In this document: piece after piece, positions 32,809-45,568 of the stretch
Layout: each line of letters starts with the position of its first letter
How positions within the stretch are numbered: position 1 is the stretch's first letter
Virus record (IMG/VR): IMGVR_UViG_3300028833_000053
Reading direction: 5' to 3' (one strand)
DNA: 64,000 bases
From: a virus
Taxonomy: Duplodnaviria; Caudoviricetes
Made by a program: the position numbers and the translations under genes
The notes under the pieces: generated by a model
What the model saw: the letters and a program-made list of their open reading frames with translations, nothing else
The model's database searches: none
What the model was told of the DNA's origin: nothing

Positions 32809-35800
32809 TCCATCACCTTGGCGTTGGCTGTATCGTCTTTCGTCTTTATCTCCTTCAGGGCATATTCCTTCATTTCGTTCATTGCGTCTATCACCATGCT
32901 TTCCTTGACCGTGGAAACGTAATTCACGAAACTGCCAAGCAAGTCCTTCAACGTGGCATCATCGTCACCCGAAAGCTTCAACGTGATTATCTCGTCCTTA
33001 AGTTGCTTGATTGTAGTTATGTTTCCATACCCATCAACCGTGATTGGAGATTCAACGTCCTGATTCACCCTTTCATAAGCGGCCTTTGTAAGTTCAACCT
33101 CGCTTCCCCACACACGGGCAACCACGTCCTGCCTTACTTCCCTCTATTCTTCCGCCTTTGCCTCGTATTCACGCTCAAGAATGAGCTTCTTGTCGGTGGT
33201 ATCTGAATCAGAGGAATCCCCATTGCCGGTTCCATCGTCCTTTATGAATTTCAAGCTCATCTGGTTTTGGAACATGTCATAGAGTGAATTTCCTGAGAGC
33301 ATACCATCTATCTTCGTGAAGTCCTTCATGTCATCGTCCGACAGATAGAACAGGTTTGTCCTGTTGATGTCAAACGCATCTTTTGACCTCACGCAATCAA
33401 CGTCAAGCTGGAGCATACGCAACTTGCGCACGATTCTGTAAACGGTGTCGAAGTCGTTGTAGGAGCAGTTCTTGAACCAATAAATCAGACGCTGCATCTC
33501 ATTCAAGATATAGTCAAGCACCGTGACGCGGAAAAACCAATCTTTGTGGTTCAATATGCCATACTGGTCGTATTTCTCCAATTCACGTATCTTCTCCTGG
33601 AAATAACGTGTCTTTTCCGCGGAAGTGAGATATTGGAGCTTGTCCTTCTCATAGGTGTTCATTATCTTCTCATTCCACACCTGTTTGAACATCCTCGGAG
33701 TTATTTGAGTCTTCTTCACGGACACGGCTTTGTCATGTTCATCAAATGCAATTTGAAGAAGGTCAACGTCAGTCCTTATCATTGCATCAGCCAACGCATC
33801 CCGCTTTGTCTTCAATGCGTTTATGTCACGCACAACGGAAACGCGCTCAATCAACAAGGGGTCGCGTTCACTTAATTCCAACTTCACTGAAAGTTCACGC
33901 TGAATCTTGTCCAACTGGGCTTCACGCAACCTCATTTCGGAATCCACTTTGCGCACTTCCTTCAACTTCTCCCTATATTGCTTCCTCAATACTTGGCGAT
34001 AGTCTGGTTTAATCGTGGTGTATATTTCATCCTAATCGTTTTCCTTGTACCAAAGATTCGTGCTGTTGGCATTGTAGAGCTTTGAAAGGAACTCGTTGGA
34101 TTCGCGTATGACCCTTTGAGCTGCCTTTATCGTAACCACGGCGCTGTCCGTGGTTATGGTTTGATCGCCCATTGAGGTCTTTATGCGCTCCAACTTCTTG
34201 TTGTAGGTGGATTCGTCAAACTTCTCTATTGATTCAACCAAGTCCACCGCGGCATTGGAGAACTCATCTTCTAGCGGTCTTGCCGATATTGCCCTTGTTG
34301 TCTTGCCCCCCTCCCCAGGTGTTGCACCGGGGGCACCGCCACCTGAATCACCTTCACCTCCAGACGCTTCCGGCTCTGTGTATTCTGGTCCCGTTATAAT
34401 GTCCTTAAGACCATCCTCCAACTAATCATACACACTGTCGTTGTTCTCCTGGCCGCCATGTGGCGCACCCGTGTAGTTGTCATAGCCCGTCATCTTGACG
34501 TAGTATTGGAACACGGCGGTGTTCATGTTGTTTGCAAGGCAGCTTTGGAACTTTATCGTCAGCTTGTAGGCATCAGGAACAACCTCTACTTCATCTATAT
34601 GTCCCTTTTCCGTTGGATTCTCTATTATGGCTGTTCTACCATCTGATGAGCCTATTTGGAAGTTCGCGCCCGTCACTTCACCCTTGAAGAACCCAGTAGG
34701 AACTTTTCTGTTCAAGCCAAGAGGAAACAACTGGAAATCACCGGTGCACATCAAATGACGCTGACCCGTTGGCAACCAAACCTCGTACAACGCGCCAGGA
34801 AATGCAAGGATTGCCTTTTGTATGGAACGGTTGTTGTGTATGATGGTATTCACGCACATGTAGTTGTTCCTGGCTTTAACTATGTTGTCGTTTATGAGGA
34901 TAAGGTCAAACTCAAATGAAACCTTGTCCGTGTTGTTGTTCTCCCAAGAAGGTGCCGGGAAGATGTTCGCGGCCTGTGCCTGTGAACCCATCATCATTGA
35001 CGCGACGCCGCCCGCAAAGCTGGCTATCTTCTGAATCATGTCCTTTATGAAGTTGCCGCCGCCGCCATTCCATTCACAATCGTTGCTTGCCTTGTTTATG
35101 ACTGTGGAGTTTGAGGCAATATATGGAAATATGTAGGTGTTTCCATACATTTTCTTCCTGAGACCGCAATAAAGAATATAAGGAAGGTCTATCGCAGCCT
35201 GCTTCAACGTTATGTTGTGGAACTTCTCCTTTATCTTGTCAAGAAGCTTGTTTCCCGTGCCTTTGCTGTCGTCAGAACCTTGGGAAGATGCCTCGTCGGA
35301 GTTGTCACCAGGCTTGTCCTCGTCGGGGTTTGGCGACCCCTCTTTCATTTCATCAACCATGCCCATTATCTTCTTCACGAAGTTCATCATGGAGCTGGCC
35401 GTGTTCTTGAAGAAGTATTCCTTCACCACAACATAGGGAATGTTGTTCAACATCATGTCCATGGACTCTATGGCTTCATAGGACGCTGGAGTTATGGCGA
35501 TTTGCGGATATGGTTCATCGTCGGTGTCAAGTGTGTCACACGGTCTGAATGAATACATTGTCCATGCGGAGTTCGTGCGTCCGTAGGGATTCAGCAACTA
35601 TTGGTCGCCGTCATGCATCATTCCAACAATCCCCTGGGGAATCTCGGGTTCAAAACTCTTCCATCCAATCTTCCTGTACCTGTCCGGTTTCGTTTGAAGT
35701 CCACGGTCGGTGGGTGAACCATCCGAACCCATTGGCGTTGTTGTTGAACTATCGTCAGATGGGTCTGGCTCGTCACCCCAATCGTCATTCCAGTCGGGGC

Positions 35801-37478
35801 TGTCATCCTCGTCACCATCGTCGTCGTCATCGTCTGGGTAGTCGTCATCGTCGTCGGGATAATCGTCGTCATCTTCGGGATCATCGTCCCAATCCTCATC
35901 GTCCCAATCATCCTCCATATCGTCAACGGCGTCGTCGATGTCATCGTAATCGTCTTCCAAATCGTCAATGAGATCGTCAAGATCGTCCATTGCATCGTCA
36001 AAATCGTCATCGGCCTCGTCGGCAGCCGAATCCAAGGCATCGTCTGCCATGTCCTCGGCGTCATCCGCTATATCGTCCGACAAATCATCCATGGCGTCTT
36101 CCAAATCATCGCCCAAATTGTCGTTGTCCTCGCCCTTTGGCACACCCAACTTGTCCTTGATGAAGTTCTTTATGCCATTAATCAACCCACCCGATTCGGA
36201 AGCAGGAGTTGCCGCATTTGTGGCTTTCTGCGCCGCTTCTTTTACCTTGTCCCAAATCTTGCTTCCGGTCTCCTTTGCCTTGTCCGTCAAGGACTTGGCA
36301 TAGTCCTTCATCTTGTCAAGAAAACCCTTACTCTCGCCACTTGCCGAATCGGAGGTCTTTCCAAGCACGTTGTTCACAATGTTCTTTCCTGCGTTTGCAA
36401 GTTTCTTGGCAACGTTTGCCGCGCCGCTCACAAGATTGGAGGCGGCGTTTGAAATCTTGTTGGAAACGCTGCTCGCCAAGTTCTTCGCAGAATCAGCCGC
36501 GCTGCTCACCTTGTTCTTCACTGACTCATACGCGCTCTTGAAAAAGCCACCGATACCCCTTCTGACCGGTGGAAACTCATAGTCGCCCAAGCCAAATTCA
36601 ATCAAGACGCTCTTTGCCATCATGTCCCCATCTTCCGCACCCATCAATTCCCGTGCTATGGAAACAACTTCGTTTACCATGGACTGATTCCGCGCACGGG
36701 CCTCGGCCAAAACACCTTCCTTCTCGGTTTTTGCAGATGCCAACAACTCCCTAGCCTTTTCCTGAGCATGTTCAACAATGACCTTGGCATCATCCGCTGT
36801 TGAAGAGGAAAACGTGGACACTGGTTCAAGAACCTCGCGTATTGCGCGCTTGGCTTCGTTCTTGTCATATGCGTAAATTGAATTGAATGTAGTGCTTGCC
36901 CTGTCCGTCAACTTGCTTGTGAGATTGGCCGTCTGGGTTATCATGGTATTCGCCACGTTCCTCGCTGACCTGACGTTCCTGACTGCAGCCTTGTTCGCAA
37001 CATCCTCTATGTTCTGGGCAGTGTGGTTTGCCGCATCGTTGGTTGCTTGGCACACCGCGGCGGCGGTCCTCAATATGTTTTCGACTATTGGACGGGCAGC
37101 CTCCAATATCTTTTCAGGATTCTTGCTTTCATCGTCATCCGCCTTTGTGTCATAGGACTTTGCATCGGCGTTGAATCTGCGCATCAACTATCCCAGTTTC
37201 TTGGGGTTGCCACTTTTTCTCTTTTCATTTCTTGTGGTGGCTTCAAGTTCACGTCCAAGTTTGCGCATATGATCGGCTGCCAAAGTTGCAGTTTGCACCA
37301 AGTTGTCCGCCCTTGTCTATATGCCGTCAAGAACGTCAACAACCTTGCCAAAGGTTTTGTTGGAATCATATAGGTCGGTCATACTGGCGGAACCCTCCAC
37401 CAGACTTTTCCTAACCTCGTCCAATTGCGCAATACGCTCTTGCGCCTCGGTCACTCTGTCATATGCGCTCTTTTTCAT
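32805..37478 (-). CDS. 1557-aa baseplate/tail protein with Asp-rich tract and putative gp48-like tube-cap domain (6 TAG)
   Basis: TAGs 37317, 37188, 35598, 34422, 34032, 33144 in one frame; next to gp25; SFEFDLILIND...PGALYEV...PDAYKLTIKF; fold call is inference. Confidence 0.7.
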
Positions 37479-37487
37479 GTTCAATCA

Positions 37488-37934
37488 TCACTTTCCTAAA
37501 ATCGTTGTCTCTTCCACGAATTCCGCATCTTCCGTCTTGTCACCCACAACTGTATAGGCAACTTTTATCTTCAAGGCGTTGTTCTCCATATCCTCTTCCC
37601 TTGTGGCGTTTACCACCCTGACGTTCGCCCTTGGCTCGTTTTCCTCAATGGCGCGTTTCACCTCTTCGCAAACCTTGTCCTGGTTGAACTTGTTCAACTG
37701 TCCATACATGGATTGATGAAGGTTATGCCCGAACTCGGGACGCAGAACACTCTCTCCAACGCGCCACATAAGAATGTTGCGGATGGACATCTTCACGGCT
37801 TCCACGTCATACGCAACTGGAACGTCCATCTGATTCGGGTTCCTGAACGTCAGCATGTCAATGTCGGAATAATGATGCCTGTTGTCAAGCTTCTTCACCG
37901 TCTTGTTGTCAAGTTTTACCACCAAACTTCCCAT
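37488..37934 (-). CDS. gp25: Baseplate wedge protein, gp25 family
   Basis: YSDID, EAVKMSIRNIL...GE...RPEFG, AIEENEPRA. Confidence 0.88.
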   Translation of the reverse strand: MGSLVVKLDNKTVKKLDNRHHYSDIDMLTFRNPNQMDVPVAYDVEAVKMSIRNILMWRVGESVLRPEFGHNLHQSMYGQLNKFNQDKVCEEVKRAIEENEPRANVRVVNATREEDMENNALKIKVAYTVVGDKTEDAEFVEETTILGK

Positions 37935-37950
37935 GTCAATTGCCTCCTAA

Positions 37951-40455
37951 TCATGCGTCCGTTGAGGACTTCGCGCTCTTCTTCGTCACCATCGTGACAT
38001 AGTTCTCGATTGGCGTTGGCTTGTTTCCATTGCTTGTGACAATCCTGCTTACAATCTAGCCAAACCTTCCAATCACCCCGGAACCCGTGATTGCCTTGCC
38101 GGCCTTCAACACCGTTTGGCAGAACTCACCGATGAACTCCATATTGTCGCAAATTTCATTTGAAGCCGTTGTCAACGCCTTTGACATTCTTCCAACCTGC
38201 TTCACAAGGTTGCCGGACGTCACAGCTTCCCTCATCGCGCCCTCTATGTCAACTTTCCTTGTTTCGCCGGTCAATGACATCCTGTTCATTGAATCGCCCA
38301 TCACGTTTCCGGCCTGTCCTATCCTCTATCCAACGGAAGCAAAGGAAGTCGAAAGGCTTTGACTTATGACACCACCAACAAGAGTTGTCATGTCGGAAGC
38401 ATCCTATGACGTTTCATTAAGCAAATTGGAAGTTCCCTTCTCGGCCTGCAATGCCCCCGTGGAAGGTGCATTGTAGACAACTCCAAACGCAGTCAAGTTC
38501 ATGTTCTATGCACCCTTCAACGCCTTGCCAAGCGCATTGAACGTTCCCGTCTTGTTGTACTGCACTTCCGTGTTTGAATTGAATATGGCATCAACCATCT
38601 GCTTCACGTCACCACCGCCGACGGCACCGGAAGAACCCAGGCTGTGGGCTTTCCCGTCAATGCCCACCGAATGACCCTTGATGTCGTAAATTTCGTTCAA
38701 CACCGTAGCCAAGAGTTCGGACGCGGGTCCGCCAGTAACATGCTTCACAGATGCCACTATCTGCAATTCCCCCGTCTTGGATGGTTCCGTTTCCTTGCTT
38801 GGATATTGAATTTCGGCACCAACGCCAACGGCGGCCCCGGCAAGGCTTGGATTCAACCCCATTCCAACGTTCGTTCCATCCGCCATCCATCCCATGTTGT
38901 CAGATGATTCAGTGGCAACGTCATTTCCAACGTCCATCATATCGGACAGAACTTCATCAAAGAAAGCACTTTCGCGCTCGTCTCTGTTCACGTCCGTTCT
39001 CTTTGCCGGCCCCAATACGCCCCTTGACCTGAATCCCCAAGGCAAATTGTCCTCCTTGTGGGAATTGTCGGATGAATAGCCGCTCAAATCACCATTTGGA
39101 TCGTCAGCGTCCGAATCATCGTCCGAAGTGTCCTGGTCAGAATCTGAATAGTCATCCATGTCCTCGTCATGTGAATCTTCGCCATCGTCCTTGTTGCTGT
39201 CGCCGCTGCTGAACAGAGACTTCACCCAATCCTTTATCTTGTCCAACAAACTTTTGGGTTCTTCTTCCTCTTCATCCTCTGGGTCTTCTTCATCCTCGTC
39301 CATGTCATACTCGTCGTCATCCATCTCCTCATCGCCATAGTCGTCCATGTACTCGTCCGGGTCATAGTCCTCATCGTCCTCGTCCATCCACTCCTCTTCA
39401 TCCTCACCAGGCATATCACCTTCATCTTCCTGGTCAATGTCATCATCGTTGTCGTCGATGTCGTCATTCACGTCGTCAAGTTCATCCTCGTAATCGTCAA
39501 GTTCATCCTCCATATCGTCAACGTCATCTGGATCTTCCTCATCTTCCTCCTCCGGTGAACTTGTGGGGGAATCGGAAAATATGAATTTTGTTCTGTTTCC
39601 AAGGTTGGTGGAACTTGAAGAAGAACCCGCCACGTCCCCGGTCAAGTCAACCAAGCACATATCCGCAACCAAGGTCAATTGGCGCAGAAGGTTGCTTCGA
39701 CCTGCAGAATTCACTTCAAACGCAGCGTAGCTTGTGGGCTTCACGCCAATGAACTTGTAGGCGTAGTATGTATAGTCGGAATCATTCCTTGAATCTTGCG
39801 CCTTGGCGTTTTCCCTATAACGCATCCTCGGACGCTGAACTTCCAACGTAGCCATTGGATATGGCGTTGCCCATTCGTCATACACCATCTCCGGCCTGTA
39901 CCACCAAGGGGAGTTTATGTCCTTCATCCAAGGATAGAACAAGGCATCCAAAATGCAGTACTCCGTATCAATCATCTGAAGGGTTATGCTCTTGGAACCG
40001 TCTGAAGCATAGGGGGAGAAAGCACCAGCCTAAGTCTCGCCAAACAAGGTTTGGATTTTCTCTGCGTTTGCTGGCGCGATTTCAGGCAAGCTGGCTTCCC
40101 TCACAAACGGGGTCAAGTCCACGCACTTGTCGGGCAAGTCCAAGTTGTACGTTCCACTCTATATGCCAGGTTGATTGTAAAGGGAACTGTTCACCGTCTT
40201 GAAGTTCACGGAAGACTTGTCAAGACGGGGCGTATAGCGCAACCAGTCGGTGTAGGGGCAATATATCAAGTTTCCAATGGAATTGTGAAACCAAAGGAAA
40301 ACGTAATACTCAGGGTCCGTGATTATGGTATGGGTAGGTACAGTAGGCTGGTGGAACTTGTCAAGGAAACGCTCCAACCCCTAATGGGCATCATTTCCCA
40401 TCGGGTCCTGAAACCCGTTGTCAGTCATGCTCTTGTTTAGAAATGCCTTTTCCAT
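37951..40455 (-). CDS. 834-aa protein: tail-tube-like N-domain, Asp/Glu tract, Gly/Ala-rich C-terminus (7 TAG)
   Basis: TAGs 40381, 40159, 40030, 38506, 38404, 38326, 38056; FVREASLP, IDTE...FYPWM, YKFIGVKP; late motif 40483-40491; start may be 40428. Confidence 0.7.
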
Positions 40456-40512
40456 CTTTATGCCTTGAAATTTTACTATGGTTATTTACCATTTTTCCGA
40501 GGCATTTGACTG

Positions 40513-41010
40513 TCAAAGTGACTTGGATTCCACAACAACGTATTTGGCATTGTATGTCTTGAGCAAGTCTCGGATGCGCCTTGACTCGTCCTGTGTCTTG
40601 GAGTAGATGTGGAACTGGCTGGAGTCGGAGTTGGAAATTGGAATTTCGGTGTATTGGATTTTCCACGGGTCAAGGTAGGATTTCGCCGCGTAGATTTGAG
40701 GACCCGTGAGAACAACGTCCACCATCCAGAGCCTGTCCCGGCGCACTTTCAATTCAATGTACTTGACAAAATAGGTTCCGACGAAATTGGCAACGGCGGT
40801 CACAGTGGCTTTCATCCACATTGGCAATGGGCATACGGTTATCACTATGATATAGACATAGAAACCAAATGCCACCGCGGACACCAGCGAAGACCAGAAC
40901 AACCCACCCTTCACCGTTACTATAACCCTCGCCGTCTGGAGGATGACGTTCACCACGGTCAACCCCACAAACATCGCCAACAATCCTATGTCAAGATTTG
41001 CCATATCCAT
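40513..41010 (-). CDS. Membrane protein, UPF0316/DUF5698-like
   Basis: Three hydrophobic helices, LQTARVIVTVKG; promoter TTTACA-N17-TATACT at 41018-41046. Confidence 0.65.
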   Translation of the reverse strand: MDMANLDIGLLAMFVGLTVVNVILQTARVIVTVKGGLFWSSLVSAVAFGFYVYIIVITVCPLPMWMKATVTAVANFVGTYFVKYIELKVRRDRLWMVDVVLTGPQIYAAKSYLDPWKIQYTEIPISNSDSSQFHIYSKTQDESRRIRDLLKTYNAKYVVVESKSL

Positions 41011-41050
41011 ACAATATAGTATACGGGAAACAGGGAAAAATGTAAAGCAA

Positions 41051-41077
41051 ATGACCGCCCATCACTGGACGGCCATC
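41051..41077 (-). terminator. Probable intrinsic terminator
   Basis: ATGGCCGTCCA-GTGA-TGGGCGGTCAT hairpin (G:U pairs) followed by T-rich tract. Confidence 0.55.
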
Positions 41078-41102
41078 TGTTCCTGGTTTCTGGATTCAGA
41101 AA

Positions 41103-44100
41103 TCAATCTTCTGAATCGTCACCCTTGCGCTTGATTTCAAGGTTCTGGCTCCAAGCCTCGCCATCCAATCCAAGCATGTCAAGTATTGACGGGAAGTCAA
41201 ATGCGAACGCATCGTTGATTCTCGTGAGGTTGTGGATTTCCATGTCCTCCAGACACTGCATCAGCAATTCCTCGTCAACCAGTTCAGATTCAAGAAGATC
41301 GCGGAGATTCTCCTTGCCCTGTCCCCACAGTATCTCGGACAGCTTCCATGGATCGTCTATTTCCTGCTCAATCGTCATTTCGCAGACGGGCTTCTTTTCC
41401 TCACCCGCAACCAGAGTCTTGGTGTCGCCACCCTGCGTCACTTGCTTCTCGCCATCCTTGACATCACCTGCCTTGACTTCATCGTTGTTCTCTGAAACCT
41501 CTTCGTACTTTGGCTCCAGAATCAACTCGGTGTAGAACTGACCATTCTCGTCCTCCCTTGGCTCGGACGCATCGGCAACCTTCCAGTTCTCCACATTTCC
41601 AAGCAGATAGTCGTTTGCCATCTTCATGACTTCATCGCGCTTGTCGGTGACGGTAAGAACGTCAACGTTCACAATGTCACTGCCTGACGCATAGGCATCG
41701 CACACAACCAGCTTCTTGGAACGGTCTTCCCATCCCTCTATGCTGTCAACCAACTCGTTCGCGTCAAGTTTCTCAGTCAAGTCCTTCCAGTCGGTTCCCT
41801 CGGCGGCCATGGCTTCCTCGTCCTCTCCCCCAACTTCCTCTGCCTCCTCTTCGGCCTCTTCCTTTGCAGCGGCCTGGAACGCCTTTTCGTCATACCCCGC
41901 CTTGTCAAGGATTTCCTGTCCCTCTTCGCTGAGGGTGATGTTGTCCCCAATCAAATGCACGTCTATTGCGTCGATTCGGATGAGTTCTTGCACGTCCTCT
42001 TCCTTGATCTTGCCACCGGAAGTCTGGATGAAGTTCTTCATTGAAGCACCATTCTTTCCAAGGGCTTTCAAGGAGGCGAGAACGAACAACTGTTGGTCGG
42101 TGATGTTCTTAAGGGCCCGGCGCTTGTGGAAGAACTCTTGAACGCCATGCCCAGACCATGCTCCAAAGAGAATTCCAAGCGGACCAAACGAAAGTCCACC
42201 CATCACGGCGCCGGCTGCAAGTCCAAGAACGTCTTTCCAAGCCTCTTCAACAAGCTGCTTGTCGTCGGTTCCCTCCAGTTCCACGGACGTTGGCTTGTCT
42301 GAATCCACGAACTCTCCCGTGTCCTCATACCTTTCAACGTCAAGTCCAAGCATATCCACCAAAGTTGCCATCTGACCTGAAAGCAGCGTGTTCAACTGCT
42401 GTTTTGAAATCATGTCACCCGACAATTCGTCGATTGCATCCATGATTTCCTCTTCGGTGCGCACATGGGAGTTGATGAGACTTGTAAGTTCCTTGTTTGC
42501 AATATCGTTGTCAAGAAGTTCAAGCACGTCCCAAACGTCATTTACGTCAACAGTCACCTTGGCTTCACCAACGGGTTGTCCAATGTCTTTCCAACCATCG
42601 TCGCCTTTCTTCAATTCGTTTTTCATTTTTGCATTTTCCTCGTTCAATTGATTCGTCGCAGGGGAGAACTTCACGTTGATTGCGCACATATCATCGTTGC
42701 CGGCAACCACGGTGTCATCCTTGTCCGCATATGAGAAACCGACAAACTTCCAACCTGCATTCTTCGCTATTGGAGCATATCTCTGTTCAACCTCGGCATA
42801 GGAAACCCTTGGCTTGTTCACGAGCACGTTCAATTCAACCGCCCTGCCATCGTCAATGTTGTATACGTCATAGTTCTCGAAGATGTCCCCTTTCAATGGC
42901 TTCATGGACATCAAATAATCATGAAATTGATTGTCATCAAGTGCGCCCCCATCCTCGTCAAACTGCTCTTCGTCGTCCTCGATTGGGTCTGAATCCCTGG
43001 GGCGTATTTCATGTCCGTACACCTCTACCTCCGAACCGTCCTTCTGTCCCAAGGTATACACGGCATCAAAGTCATTGGGATCTTCTGGCATTTCAAGAAT
43101 CTTCCAGACGCTCTCTTCGCCGCCATCGGGATCTGTCCAAATCACCCACATACCCTTCTCGAAGCCACCATCGTTATAGGAATTCTCGTCATCCCAATTG
43201 ATGCTCCCGTTGTCATCGTCGGATTCCCCAATGCGCATCCCCACGATGTCGTCCATGGAAACCCACTCTGAATCATCGCCCATATTTTTCTTTTCGTTTG
43301 TCATTTTAGAATTGTCCTCTTCTGTAAATTCAAATTCTCCTTGTTCGGTTTTCCACTTACCGGACTTGAAAAGTCTCTTCAACTTTGCAATGACCTCGCG
43401 TTGCTTGATTCCCCTTGAACCCAACATGCCAAACTTCTTGAGGAACTGCAGCACCTTGTCTGAATTATAATAGACCGCGCCCCAACCCGCGTTGTAGTCG
43501 GTGTTCTTTCCAGTCAAGGCATCCACAAGCTGCGTCTCGTAGTCGTTTCCATCCGGGTCGGGCCTGAATCCCATTGCCTTGACAAATTCCCTCACTTCGT
43601 TCTCGTCCATAGTTGATTCATTTACCTCCGCACCACAGTAGGGATTGACGAAATTTATCAGGTCTTGCACCTTGTTGGCAATCTCCCCAATCTTCCCAAT
43701 AGCGAACTTCATGTCGGCAAGCATCGCATCCTCATCGTCCTTCGTAGCCTGCTCATATTCCTCCGCCACAAGTTCCTCGTCAGTGGCAGCACCATCGCCG
43801 GCTTTCATGATTTCGGCCATCAGGTCATCCATCTTTTCGTTGAACTCGTCCATACGTTCCTGGGGAATCTTGCACTTGGACAATATCTCAAACACGGAAC
43901 GCCACCAATTGTACAACTTCTTCTTGACTTCCTCATCTTCATCGGACTTGCAAAGAACCTTGTTAAAGGTCTCCGTGGCGGGGACACCCATAGTCTGGGC
44001 AAGCGAGTTCAGAGACTCAACAAGTTTTGCCTAAAACTCTGGGGGACAATCCTCCAAGGCGTCGAACATCTGGGAGAACTCCAAGGAACTGTCCAATGTC

Positions 44101-44159
44101 TTGAGCTGGATTATGTTCTTGATTGAACCATCTATGGTTTCGGATACGATTTTCTTCAT
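41103..44159 (-). CDS. 1018-aa acidic protein, candidate protease-processed internal head protein (1 TAG)
   Basis: MKKIVSE start, TAG at 44031, TTGTAAATA at 44168-44176; internal duplication ending DMLGLD. Confidence 0.72.
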
Positions 44160-44170
44160 GGTATCTCTAT

Positions 44171-44596
44171 TTACAATAAAACTTCCTAAACGCTCATCAT
44201 GGACGTGACGTATTCAATGAAATCGGGTCCCACGTTGCTGACCCTGCCGGGTTCAATGTCCTTGAACTTAAGCCATAGATTGAAATGCCCTGCCCAATAC
44301 CTTTCAATGCCGACCTTCGTGACGTATTTGGACAGACTGCAGTCAAACAGGGAAGCAATGACTTCACTTGACCTGTAGTGGCGGTGAGCGTCATCCCAAT
44401 CCTCGCCGGTTTTCACAATAACGGCATGACAAGGTTCCGGACGCAAGAGCAAGTTCCAAGTGTCCTTTATGCTCTCAATCGTTTGCTGCTCGGATTGATA
44501 TTCCAAGAAATAAAGGGAGGTTATGTTACCATTGGCTTCCGACACCCTACGGATTCCTGGGAACTTTGAAATGAATTCATTTTGCGCCATGGGCAT
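44171..44596 (-). CDS. Tandem paralog family member 5
   Basis: GRVSNVGPDF motif; TAG at 44186, TAA five codons later. Confidence 0.6.
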
Positions 44597-44600
44597 TCCC

Positions 44601-45098
44601 TCAACTGTTCAAGTATTTCTCAAACTCAATCCAAGGGTCGTCTGGAACAGTAAAGATTGGAACGCCCCAGTGGTTACGGTTTGCCACAATGTTAGCGTCA
44701 AGAGTCCTTTGCCCATCGGGATATGCAAGTTTGGAAAGTCCGCTCCTTGTCAAAACCACTTCAAGGAACTTCATCAACCTCGGAGTTATGTTGGTTTGAT
44801 GGTTGGGGGATTCCTCTATGACAAAGGTGTAGCCTATGATGGGACAGGGACTACCATTGAACGCCCTTATGTTGTCAATGGTGAAGTTATCATAACCTCC
44901 TACATAATGGCGGATATCCACAATGTTCTTCGTCATTGACCACTTGAACAAAGCCTCCATCATTTCGTCAAAACAACACTCTGAAAAACAATAACGCTCT
45001 TTTGTGTCGGATTCCACAACGGTAAGGATGAGGGAATCAGAGGTGTCGCCCAGGATGATGTCGCGCTTAATCCTGTCTATGATGTCCTGGTCAATCAT
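44601..45098 (-). CDS. Tandem paralog family member 4
   Basis: NHQTNITPR motif. Confidence 0.7.
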   Translation of the reverse strand: MIDQDIIDRIKRDIILGDTSDSLILTVVESDTKERYCFSECCFDEMMEALFKWSMTKNIVDIRHYVGGYDNFTIDNIRAFNGSPCPIIGYTFVIEESPNHQTNITPRLMKFLEVVLTRSGLSKLAYPDGQRTLDANIVANRNHWGVPIFTVPDDPWIEFEKYLNS

Positions 45099-45568
45099 GG
45101 CACGTCTCCATCTGCTTCAAAGTAGTCCCAAGGGTTCGTTTCCACAATTGGGGCAATTATGAATCTGCCATTCCAATTCAAGTAGTCCTCCATTTTCTGG
45201 GGCTTTGGTTTCAACGCCTCCACCAAAGTGTCCCTGGAGAAAGGGTCCGCAATTAGCCTGAAGAAGTCAATTATCCGAGGCGTGATGTTCGTCTGATGGT
45301 CTGACGATTCTAAAAGGGAAATCTCAAACGCACTCAAATAACCACACTTGCTCCCATAAGCGAGAATCTCCGAAACCCGCTTGGACATACTGAAATCAAA
45401 CATCTTCCCCACAAGTTCATCAATGTTGCTTATGTTGAACCTGTGCATGTCAGCGATTCCATTCTTCGTTAGGCATGTTAGGTATATGTCAAAGGTGTTC
45501 TCAAATTGGTAAACGCGCATTATGTCCTTAAAATACCCAACAATGTCCTTGTCCGTTTCAACATTCAT
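45095..45568 (-). CDS. Tandem paralog family member 3
   Basis: DHQTNITPR motif; ATGA overlap. Confidence 0.7.
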   Translation of the reverse strand: MNVETDKDIVGYFKDIMRVYQFENTFDIYLTCLTKNGIADMHRFNISNIDELVGKMFDFSMSKRVSEILAYGSKCGYLSAFEISLLESSDHQTNITPRIIDFFRLIADPFSRDTLVEALKPKPQKMEDYLNWNGRFIIAPIVETNPWDYFEADGDVP

